Below, piece by piece: positions 35,982 through 43,646 of a DNA stretch of 43,646 bases. Origin of the DNA: Chthoniobacteraceae bacterium (GTDB taxonomy: Bacteria > Verrucomicrobiota > Verrucomicrobiia > Chthoniobacterales > Chthoniobacteraceae); assembly GCA_031409655.1 (NCBI GenBank), contig JANNXQ010000196.1, positions 1 through 43,646 of the forward strand. The letters are read 5' to 3'. The position numbers and the translations under genes are program-made. Numbering within the stretch: the first letter of the stretch is position 1; each line of letters opens with the position of its first letter. The notes below the pieces were generated by a model that was not told where the DNA came from, ran no database searches, and worked only from the letters and a program-made list of their open reading frames with translations.

Positions 35982-37403
35982 ATGAAACTATTCGCGCTCG
36001 TCTTGCTGATGCTCCCGGCTTCCGTGCTCGACGCGCAAGGACCCCCGATGCCGCCGCGCGAGTTCCGCGCGGCCTGGATCGCCACGGTTCACAATATCGA
36101 TTGGCCATCGAAGGCCGGACTCTCAGCGGCGAGTCAGCGGGCCGAACTTTCGGCGATCATGAAGAACGCGGCGGCGCTGAAGCTGAATGCCGTGATCTTT
36201 CAGGTGCGCCCGCAGTGCGATGCTTTCTACCAATCCGTGGAGCCGTGGTCGCGTTTCCTCTCGGGCTCGATGGGCGAAAATCCTGGCTACGATCCGCTGG
36301 AGTTTGCCATCCGCGAAGCCCACGTGAATGGCCTCGAACTCCATGCCTGGTTCAATCCCTTCCGCGCGGCGTCGAGTCGGGACACCCCGACGACCAGTCG
36401 CCACGTCACGCGGCTGCATCCCGAGTGGGTGCGCAGCTACGGCGCACAACTTTGGCTCGATCCGGGTGAGCCTGAGGCGCGGGCGTATTCGATGCGGATC
36501 ATCATGGACGTGCTGCGGCGCTACGACGTCGATGGCATCCACATCGACGACTATTTCTATCCCTATCCCATCACATCCAGCGGCGTGACGGTGCCCTTCC
36601 CGGACGACGCGACCTATCGGCAGCACGGGCGCGGGCTGGATCGTGCGGACTGGCGGCGCTCGTGCATTGATGGCTTCGTCGAGCAACTCTACCGGAACAT
36701 CAAGACGGAGAAGCGCGGGGTGAAACTCGGGATCAGTCCCTTCGGCGTCTGGCGTCCGGGCGTGCCGGCGACGATTGTCGCCCAGCTCGATAGCTACGAT
36801 CACCTTTACGCCGATGCGCGCCGGTGGCTGCGCGAGGGCTGGTGCGACTACCTGGCCCCGCAGCTTTATTGGCCGATCGAGCCCGCAAAGCAGAGCTTCC
36901 CAGTGCTCCTGAATTGGTGGCGCAGTGAGAACCGCGCGGAACGGCACATTTGGCCCGGACTCGCCATCGACCGCATCGGCAAAGATCGCGGTGCGGCGGA
37001 AATCGGAAATCAAATCACGCTCACCCGACGGAGTGATTCCGGACCGGGCCAGATCCACTGGAGCGGAAAAAATCTGCTCGGCAATCGCGGGGGCGTGGCG
37101 GATCTGCTGCGCCGCACTTTTTATCAGGAGACGGCCTTGGTCCCGGCGAGTCGATGGCTCGGTTCGATCCCTCCCGAGCGCCCGGCCCTGGAGAAATCGG
37201 GATCCAATCTGGAATGGCGGACTCCTGGCGAAGGCGCCCCGAGGTGGTGGCTGGTGCAGATGCGGAGCGGAGGAAAATGGAGCACGCGCGTGTATCCGGG
37301 CTCGCTGCAGGAGCTGCCGCTGCCCACGGGCGACACCTTTGTGGTGCGAGCCGTGGATCGTGCGGGCAATCTCAGCGAGCCGGCAATCCGAACTCTGCCG
37401 TAG
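35982..37403 (+). CDS. Glycosyl hydrolase-like 10 (GHL10, YddW/DigH family), secreted
   Basis: Signal peptide; REFRAAWIATV.NIDWPS, FQVRP..DA.Y.S..PWS, YDPL...I.EAH..GLELHAWFNPFR, WLDPG.P, RYDVDGIHIDDYFYPYP, GISPFGVW, DYLAPQLYW. Confidence 0.9.
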   Translation: MKLFALVLLMLPASVLDAQGPPMPPREFRAAWIATVHNIDWPSKAGLSAASQRAELSAIMKNAAALKLNAVIFQVRPQCDAFYQSVEPWSRFLSGSMGENPGYDPLEFAIREAHVNGLELHAWFNPFRAASSRDTPTTSRHVTRLHPEWVRSYGAQLWLDPGEPEARAYSMRIIMDVLRRYDVDGIHIDDYFYPYPITSSGVTVPFPDDATYRQHGRGLDRADWRRSCIDGFVEQLYRNIKTEKRGVKLGISPFGVWRPGVPATIVAQLDSYDHLYADARRWLREGWCDYLAPQLYWPIEPAKQSFPVLLNWWRSENRAERHIWPGLAIDRIGKDRGAAEIGNQITLTRRSDSGPGQIHWSGKNLLGNRGGVADLLRRTFYQETALVPASRWLGSIPPERPALEKSGSNLEWRTPGEGAPRWWLVQMRSGGKWSTRVYPGSLQELPLPTGDTFVVRAVDRAGNLSEPAIRTLP

Positions 37404-37456
37404 AAGGAGAAAAATCCCGCTTGAGCCGGAGCGCGGACACTCCACGTTTCACCGCC

Positions 37457-38179
37457 ATGGCCGAACTCCATCTCCACCTCCCTGCGGAGACGGAGCCTTG
37501 CGCCTACCTGCCAGGGCTCGTCGCGGAGACGGAGTATCGCTTCATGACGGAGGTGACGCCGGTGGAGATGGAGCATCTCCTGGAACGCGGCTGGCGACGT
37601 TTTGGGGCGGCATATTTCCGTCCGGTTTGTACGAAGTGCCTGGAGTGCGTGTCGCTGCGCATCCCCGTCGCGACTTTCGCACCGAATAAAAGTCAGCGCC
37701 GCGCCTGGAAGAAATGTGCCGACTTGCGCGTGGCCACCCGAGCGCCGGTGGCCGATGCCGAGCGGCTCGCCCTCTACCGGGCCTGGCACGCGATGCGGGA
37801 GCAGACCCGCGGCTGGCAGACCAATGATCTCGACCTGGAGCAATATCACCGCGCGTATTGCATCCCGCACGGCTGCGCCCGGGAGCTGGACTACTACCTG
37901 GGCTCACGGCTCGTGGCCGTGGGTCTGGTGGATGAGACGCCGAATGCCGTGAGCTCCGTCTATTTCTACTACCATCCCGAGGTCGCGCATCTCTCGCTGG
38001 GCGTGGCGAGCGTGCTCTTCGAAGTGGAGTGGGCGCGCCAGCGCGGACTCGAGCACGTCTATCTCGGCTATCGGATCGCGGGCTGTCCTTCCACGGCCTA
38101 CAAGTCGCAATTCGGCCCCCACGAACTGCTCAAAGAGCGTCCCGGGATCGGGCAGTCGGCACTATGGCTGGAAGGGTAG
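37457..38179 (+). CDS. bpt: Aspartate/glutamate leucyltransferase (Bpt / ATE-like aminoacyl transferase)
   Basis: PCAYLPG, LL.RGWRRFG..YFRP.C..C..CVSLRI, F.P.KSQRR, LVAVGLVD, SSVYFYY.P, SLG, YLGY.I.GC....YK..F.P.E.L. Confidence 0.88.
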   Translation: MAELHLHLPAETEPCAYLPGLVAETEYRFMTEVTPVEMEHLLERGWRRFGAAYFRPVCTKCLECVSLRIPVATFAPNKSQRRAWKKCADLRVATRAPVADAERLALYRAWHAMREQTRGWQTNDLDLEQYHRAYCIPHGCARELDYYLGSRLVAVGLVDETPNAVSSVYFYYHPEVAHLSLGVASVLFEVEWARQRGLEHVYLGYRIAGCPSTAYKSQFGPHELLKERPGIGQSALWLEG

Positions 38180-38198
38180 GGGACCAGACGCTGGCCGG

Positions 38199-39860
38199 CT
38201 ACGAGTGCGTGCCGGTCGCCATGTTCCCGACGCACTGGAGGAGATAGGGCAGGAGCTGCTTTTTGCGGGAGACGACGCCGGCGAGTTCCCAGATGTGATT
38301 CGCGCGCTGCGGATAGTGGATGGTGGCCAGGAAATTTTCGTGGCCGCGCACGAGGAGGAGGCTCGTCTGGTCATTGATGTCGGTGACGAGCAACGAGGCG
38401 AACAGGAGACCTTCGCGGCGGCGGTGTTCTTCGAGCGCCGTGAGGAGCGCGTCTTTTTTCTCCTCGAAATGCGCGAAGGTGAGTTCTTCCACCTGCGCCA
38501 CGGTGAAGCTGTGGCCGTCTTCTTCGTAGGGCTTCGAGTCGGCGGTGATGGCCTGCTCGGGGGTCATCGTCAGGAGTGGAGAGCCGACGCTGAAGATTTC
38601 CTTGGCGAGTTCATCGGGATCGACGCCGGCGATATTGGCGAGACGATTAAGCGCGTCGCAGTCGATGGTCGTGGTCGTCGGTGAGGTCAGATTGAGCGTG
38701 TCCGAGATCAGGCCGGACATGAGCAGACCGGCGACAGGCTTCGGGATCGGGATGCCGAGCTGGCGGTAGCAGAGCGAGACGATGGTGCTCGTGGAGCCCA
38801 CGGGATTATTCCAGAGCAGGATGGGCTCGGAACTGGAGAAGCCCCCGAGTTTGTGATGATCGAGGATCTCGATGATCGGCACGCGATCCGCGCCGCGTAC
38901 GGCCTGGGCGAGTTCGTTGTGATCCACGAGGATGAGCTGGCGCGGGATCTTTTTCAGGAAGTCGGACTTCGAGAGGATGCCGATGAGATGGCCGGTATCA
39001 TCGAGCACCGGGAAGACCATGCCCGCGCTGTCGGCCGCACGGCGGCGGGCTTCATCGAGCAGCGTCTCGGCCTGGAAACTCTGGTAGTCCGTCTCGAGCA
39101 TCTGGGAGACGCGCACCGCCCCACGGGCGAGGAGCACGCTCGTCGCCGTATCGTGCGGCGAGCGGATCATCGTGACCTTCGCAGCGCGCGCGGCGGCGCG
39201 GATTTCCTCGTCGATGGGAAATCCGCCCGTGACGATGACGGCATGCACGCGGGCCTCGATCGCGAGCATCTGGATGTGCGGGCGGTCGCCGACGAGGACG
39301 ACAACATTCCGCCCGGCATACTGCTTGATGCGCGGGTTGAAAGAATCCTGAGCCATCGCGCCGACGAGGAGGAGCATCTCCACCGGCTCGGAGGAGGGAG
39401 CGCCGGAAACCAGCGAGCCGCCGAAGGTGGTGACGACATCCGCGAGCGACGCCCGGATGATCCGCGAGGTGGCCGCTTCCTCGCGTGGGGGGAAGAGGTA
39501 GTGGCCGATCTTGAACGCATTAAGCAGTCCGAGGCAGCGGTTGTTTTCATCCACCACGGGGAGGCCGCGCAGTTGCTTCCGATCGATCAACTGCAGCGCA
39601 TCATAAACGGGCGAATCCTCGCGCACACTGAGCACCTGCGGCTCCATGACATCCGAGACGCGCGGCGAGAGATCGGTGATGAGTTCGGGTGGTTCGACAC
39701 CGAACTTTTTGAGGACGAAATCGATCCGGGCATTGGTCGCCCCGGCGCGCGCGGCGATCGCCTCCGAGTCGCCGGTGAGGCGCTTGAGTTCGGCGTAGCC
39801 GAGGGCGGAGCAAATGGAATCCATGTCCGGATTCCGGTGGCCGATAACGATAGTCTGCAT
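38199..39860 (-). CDS. ppaC: Mn-dependent (family II) inorganic pyrophosphatase with CBS-DRTGG-CBS insert
   Basis: IGHRNPDMDSICSA, CBS LPVVD, DRTGG-like VGDR, ILVDHNE..Q, EILDHH, PVGSTSTIV, GLISDTL...SPTTT, DSK, GVVSRKKQLLP. Confidence 0.93.
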   Translation of the reverse strand: MQTIVIGHRNPDMDSICSALGYAELKRLTGDSEAIAARAGATNARIDFVLKKFGVEPPELITDLSPRVSDVMEPQVLSVREDSPVYDALQLIDRKQLRGLPVVDENNRCLGLLNAFKIGHYLFPPREEAATSRIIRASLADVVTTFGGSLVSGAPSSEPVEMLLLVGAMAQDSFNPRIKQYAGRNVVVLVGDRPHIQMLAIEARVHAVIVTGGFPIDEEIRAAARAAKVTMIRSPHDTATSVLLARGAVRVSQMLETDYQSFQAETLLDEARRRAADSAGMVFPVLDDTGHLIGILSKSDFLKKIPRQLILVDHNELAQAVRGADRVPIIEILDHHKLGGFSSSEPILLWNNPVGSTSTIVSLCYRQLGIPIPKPVAGLLMSGLISDTLNLTSPTTTTIDCDALNRLANIAGVDPDELAKEIFSVGSPLLTMTPEQAITADSKPYEEDGHSFTVAQVEELTFAHFEEKKDALLTALEEHRRREGLLFASLLVTDINDQTSLLLVRGHENFLATIHYPQRANHIWELAGVVSRKKQLLPYLLQCVGNMATGTHS

Positions 39861-39925
39861 CGGGCGGAAGATGGGCGGCGAGTCGGTGGACGGCAAGCGT
39901 GCCGCGGCGCCAGACGCGTGAAAAA

Positions 39926-40570
39926 TCAATCGGCGTCCCGCAACTGAACCCGGTGCCGCAGCGCCGCCATTTTCTGCCGATCCAGAACGCTAGCGGGATC
40001 GAACGGCGTGCCGTGGCGGAGCTGGAAAAGGTCATCCAGACGCGCCCTGCTGGCCCGTGGCGCAGGCTCGAGTGCGACGGGGCGAAGCGCCTCAGAGGGA
40101 CCGTTGCGAAAGCCCGTGCGCCGCTCGGGCGCGGCTACGGTCTTGCCATCGTGACTGCCCGGAAAGTCGCGCAGCTTGATGACCGACGCCCGCGTGCGGC
40201 AGACGAAGTTGAGTTGCTTTTCCACGGTGCCATTCGGCAACCAAACGGGGCGGCTGAGCCGGTCGTCGGTGATCCACCACGGCGTGGAGGACTTGGAATT
40301 GTCGCGATAGATGACGACCGTGCGCTCGCCGATAGCTTCCTCGCGCAGGAGGGTCGTGTATTGGAACTGGTAAGTGACCACGCGGTGCTCGACGCCTTTC
40401 GCTGTGAGCACCCGGTGCAGGTGCGCGGCGTAAGCCATCGACGGGTCTGCGGCGCCGGCAAGATTCGGCCGATTCCGGATCACCGTGTCCCAGACGTCGG
40501 ATTTTTTGAACACGCTGCAACTCGTGAGGGCAAGACACGCGATGAGGAGAGGAAGGGCAATTCTGGGCAT
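39926..40570 (-). CDS. Hypothetical lipoprotein (214 aa)
   Basis: MPRIALPLLIACLALTSC lipoprotein signal; globular-looking body. Confidence 0.7.
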   Translation of the reverse strand: MPRIALPLLIACLALTSCSVFKKSDVWDTVIRNRPNLAGAADPSMAYAAHLHRVLTAKGVEHRVVTYQFQYTTLLREEAIGERTVVIYRDNSKSSTPWWITDDRLSRPVWLPNGTVEKQLNFVCRTRASVIKLRDFPGSHDGKTVAAPERRTGFRNGPSEALRPVALEPAPRASRARLDDLFQLRHGTPFDPASVLDRQKMAALRHRVQLRDAD

Positions 40571-40683
40571 GAACTCCGGGCCAAAGGTGACGCCTTGTAA
40601 ACAGCTCGCGGGAACGCAGCAAGGCGCAAACTTCACCGACCCGGCAGTCTTTTTCCTCAGCGTCGCTTCTGTTTGATTGCTGA

Positions 40684-40712
40684 TTGAAACCCTGGCTGAC
40701 GCTCCCTACGAT
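40684..40712 (+). promoter_or_regulatory. Putative sigma70 promoter of the binding-protein gene
   Basis: TTGAAA-17nt-TACGAT, ending 9 nt before ATG 40722. Confidence 0.5.
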
Positions 40713-40721
40713 CCGCAGGAA

Positions 40722-41855
40722 ATGAACAAAGCACTTTCGCTCAGTCTCGCCCTCGTGATGCTAGCCTCGTCTGGTTGCAAAAAAGCGGGCGGTGGCGATG
40801 CCGCGGAGATCGTCATCGGGGAATTTGCCTCGCTCACCGGAGGCACCGCGAGCTTCGGGCAAAGCTCTCACAAGGGAACGCAGATGGCCGTGGACGAACT
40901 CAACGCGGCAGGCGGATTGCTCGGGAAAAAGCTAAAGCTCGTCTGCGAAGATGACCAATCCAAGGCGGGCGAGCCCGCAACCGTCGTCCGCAAGTTGATC
41001 TCGCGCGACAAGGTGGTGGCCATCCTGGGTGAAGTGGCGTCATCGCGTTCGCTGGAGGCTGCGCCGATCGCCCAGGCGGCGAAGATCCCGATGATCTCGC
41101 CCGCGTCCACCAATCCGAAAGTCACGGAAGCGGGCGATTACATTTTTCGCATCTGCTTTATCGATCCTTTTCAAGGCACCGTCCTGTCAAAGTTTGCTCT
41201 CTCCAAGGGCTGGAAAAAAGCGGCGATCCTCACCGACGTGAAGCAGGACTACAGCGTGGGTCTGTCGCAGTTTTTCAAAGAGCACTTCACGAAGAATGGC
41301 GGCACCGTCGTCAGCGAGCAGAGCTACAGCTCGGGCGACAAGGACTTCAAGGCGCAGCTCACGTCGATCAAAGGTGCGGCTCCGGAAGTGATCGTGGCTT
41401 CGGGTTATTACACCGAGTCCGGTCTCATCGCGCTCCAGGCGCGCGAACTCGGGCTCAATGTCCCGCTGCTCGGCGGCGATGGCTGGGACTCGCCGTCGCT
41501 CACTGAGGTAGGTGGCAGGGCCATGGAAGGAAACTATTTCTCGAACCATTTCTCCGATGAAGACAAGTCGCCGCTCATCCAGGATTTTCTCAAGCGCTTT
41601 AAGGCAAAGTATAATGAGCCTGCCGACGCCATGGCCGCGCTCGGCTACGATAGCGCGATGATCCTCGCCGATGCCATCAAGCGCGCCGGCACTACGGATG
41701 GGGAGAAGCTGCGCGACGCCATCGCGGCGACCAAAGACTTTCCCGGGGTGACGGGAAAGATCACCATCGACGACAAGCGGAACGCGAACAAGCCAGCGGT
41801 CATGCTGGTGATCAAGGACGGCAAGTTCCGCTACGTGGAAACGGTGCAGCCGTAG
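40722..41855 (+). CDS. Branched-chain amino acid ABC transporter substrate-binding lipoprotein (LivJ/LivK family)
   Basis: Lipobox-like ASSGC; IG.FASLTG..A.FGQ, AVDELNAAGG.LGK, EDDQSK, ISPASTNP, FRICFIDPFQG, DFKAQLT, ALGYD, FPGVTGKIT.D. Confidence 0.92.
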   Translation: MNKALSLSLALVMLASSGCKKAGGGDAAEIVIGEFASLTGGTASFGQSSHKGTQMAVDELNAAGGLLGKKLKLVCEDDQSKAGEPATVVRKLISRDKVVAILGEVASSRSLEAAPIAQAAKIPMISPASTNPKVTEAGDYIFRICFIDPFQGTVLSKFALSKGWKKAAILTDVKQDYSVGLSQFFKEHFTKNGGTVVSEQSYSSGDKDFKAQLTSIKGAAPEVIVASGYYTESGLIALQARELGLNVPLLGGDGWDSPSLTEVGGRAMEGNYFSNHFSDEDKSPLIQDFLKRFKAKYNEPADAMAALGYDSAMILADAIKRAGTTDGEKLRDAIAATKDFPGVTGKITIDDKRNANKPAVMLVIKDGKFRYVETVQP

Positions 41856-42091
41856 GCTCGAAGATGTTACCTTCGGGACGGGGAAGGGGAGCTTCGCCAA
41901 GATTATCGACCCTCAGCCCGTCCGGGATGCCTTTGGGATCGCCCTTTTGCCTGAAAGGTGAACCCACCGACTTTCTAGGCTCCGCTCGCCGCCGCCTGCG
42001 ATGCAAAAGACTCCAGAAGCGGCGTTCCGCGTTCTTCGGAATTGCATTGGTGCCCGGAAGAGCGCCTTCTTGCGCTTCATTCCTCCAAAGC

Positions 42092-43060
42092 ATGTGTAAA
42101 TCCCTCCTCTCCGCACTCTGCCTCGCCACCTTCCTCTGTTCCTCCGAAGCCGCCGAATACAAGGCAGTGCCAAATTGGTACAAGCTCGCTCCTGGTCGCC
42201 CGCAGATGGGGAACATGCATGGCGACGTGGCGGTGAGTTCCAAAGGCGAAGTTTACGTCAGCGTCATGGACCAGAAAGCGGCGCTGCAAGTGTATGCCCC
42301 GGATGGCACATTTCTGCGCCTCGTCGCGAATGCGCCTGCCGATTTTCATGGCTTCGTGATCCATCAGGAGACGGACGGTGAGTTTATCTATGGGCCACGT
42401 CTTGGCGCCGGGAACATTCTGAAACTTACCCTCGACGGTCAGGAAGTACTGAACATTCCATCGTCCGCGATCCCCGATGAATTCAAGAGCAAGGGAAAGG
42501 ATGGGAAGCCGACGGTCCGACTGACCGCGATGGATGTTGCACCAAACGGCGATCTCTACGTCACCGATGGATATTCAAGCGATTACGTGCATCGCTTTGA
42601 TCGCACCGGGAAATACCTCAAATCCTTTGGTGGCAAAAAGGAGCCCTACGGCTTTAAGACGCTGCACAAGATCGCCATCGATACGCGCTTCGATCCACCA
42701 AGGATTATTGGCTGCGACCGGGCCAATGGACGCGTCGTACATCTGTCGCTCGATGGTGATCTTCTGGGCGTGATCGTGACGGACTTGCTCCTTCCGGCGG
42801 CCGTGGCCGTGCATGGGGATCTCGCAGTGATCGGTGAGATCAAAGGACGCATCACGGTGCTCGATAAAACGGGGAAGATCGTCGCCCAAATCGGAGCCAA
42901 CGCGGTGGCCGATGAAGCCGGCACCAACAAGACCGAGCCCGATAGATGGCGGCCCGGAATCGTCACCGCGCCGCACGGCGTCGCTTGCAATGACCGCGGC
43001 GATGTCTTCGTCGCGGAGTACAACATCTACGGTCGCGTCCACCGCTTTACCCGTGAGTAA
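42092..43060 (+). CDS. Secreted NHL-repeat six-bladed beta-propeller (peptidylglycine alpha-amidating lyase-like)
   Basis: Signal peptide from ATG 42092; HGDVAVSSKGEVYV, TAMDVAPNGDLYVTDGYSS, F.TLH.IAID, CDRANGR, APHGVACNDRGDVFVAE. Confidence 0.82.
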   Translation: MCKSLLSALCLATFLCSSEAAEYKAVPNWYKLAPGRPQMGNMHGDVAVSSKGEVYVSVMDQKAALQVYAPDGTFLRLVANAPADFHGFVIHQETDGEFIYGPRLGAGNILKLTLDGQEVLNIPSSAIPDEFKSKGKDGKPTVRLTAMDVAPNGDLYVTDGYSSDYVHRFDRTGKYLKSFGGKKEPYGFKTLHKIAIDTRFDPPRIIGCDRANGRVVHLSLDGDLLGVIVTDLLLPAAVAVHGDLAVIGEIKGRITVLDKTGKIVAQIGANAVADEAGTNKTEPDRWRPGIVTAPHGVACNDRGDVFVAEYNIYGRVHRFTRE

Positions 43061-43201
43061 AGGCAGTCGGGTTCGCGGCTTGCCACCGAACCACTAGACC
43101 TTGCCGATATCCGCCCGCCCGCGCCTCCGCGGAGCAAGAGGGCGGCGATGGCAGAACCCGCGCCGAAGCCAGGCCCCACGCTCCATTACATATGACATAT
43201 A

Positions 43202-43646
43202 TTGTCGCATGTTACTGGCAAAAGCCTTGCCCCTGCTGAGTTGCGGGAAGTTGGTGAGCGCGTCGGGCAGCTTGAGATTCCGTGGTTCTGGGTCGAGAAG
43301 GCCATTCTTCACAGGCTGGAAAAGATGCGGGATGAAATTATTAGCGTCCAGATGCGGGAGGACTTTCACCCGTCATGGCTGGTCGTTTGGGATTCGGTGA
43401 ACGATGCGCTTGCTGATTTGCTCGAATTGAAGCGGCTTGCTGCGGATGTCGTTGCGGATCGAACCAAGCCGGAAGAAACCCCGCTCAGGAAGCCCAAGGC
43501 GGCGCATCGGCTCCAACATCCTGCGACGGATCGGAAAACCCCGACACGGGGCGCGGAAGATCACGGTGCGGCCATTGCGGAGTTTGCTCGTGGCATCCTG
43601 CGCCTTCTCGGCGAGGAGTCGGCTCCGCCTCCGACCGCGAAGCCAG
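43202..43646 (+). CDS. Hypothetical protein, runs off the 3' end of the window
   Basis: Stop-free frame from TTG 43202 to the window end (LSHVTGKSLAPAELREVGERVGQLEIPWFWVEKAILHRLEKMRDE...). Not in the supplied ORF track because it lacks a stop. Start uncertain. Confidence 0.4.
   Translation, partial: MSHVTGKSLAPAELREVGERVGQLEIPWFWVEKAILHRLEKMRDEIISVQMREDFHPSWLVVWDSVNDALADLLELKRLAADVVADRTKPEETPLRKPKAAHRLQHPATDRKTPTRGAEDHGAAIAEFARGILRLLGEESAPPPTAKP

Noticed and set aside
38199..39860. Functional coupling of ppaC to the PPi-producing ATP sulfurylase cluster
   Set aside because: Opposite strand, more than 5 kb away and separated by unrelated genes; proximity is probably chance.
41856..42091. Possible riboswitch or ncRNA in the 236-nt gap after the binding-protein gene
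   Set aside because: Only short weak hairpins; no riboswitch consensus recognised. An Rfam/Infernal scan would settle it.
69..43564. Numerous long overlapping or antisense ORFs (e.g. 69-1115, 4923-6410, 21244-23352, 34484-35809, 36123-37445)
   Set aside because: Arg/Pro/Ala-rich shadow frames of recognisable genes, expected in high-GC DNA; no family motifs.
43094..43564. Minus-strand ORFs 43094-43369 and 43373-43564
   Set aside because: They look like the antisense shadow of the plus-strand frame starting at 43202; no motifs.

Overview
A GC-rich bacterial window, probably Verrucomicrobiota (Chthoniobacterales-like). That assignment is inferred from protein termini, REP-like elements and starts lacking a Shine-Dalgarno sequence. 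Housekeeping content: recR (5'-truncated), CPD photolyase, tkt, cysH-cysD-[hicBA]-cysNC, Lhr helicase plus PdeM-type phosphoesterase, GHL10 hydrolase, bpt/ATE-like transferase, CBS/DRTGG pyrophosphatase, LivJ/K binding protein and an NHL beta-propeller. The most unusual region is an apparent 19-kb three-gene operon (7440-26223). It encodes two giant Gly-rich paralogs with an identical N-terminal IEPLEARIAPA motif and no Sec signal, followed by a secreted kexin-fold protease that appears to lack the furin acidic S1/S2 residues. The 2872-aa first protein has 17 repeat domains and 17 short linker strands arranged like balanced parentheses (blocks of n linkers followed by n domains), with four arms inserted inside one split domain, which suggests a branched single-chain surface structure. 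Three different REP-like inverted-repeat elements occur, one read through in frame inside lhr. No rRNA, tRNA, CRISPR array or transposase was recognised. All calls are by eye, with no database searches.
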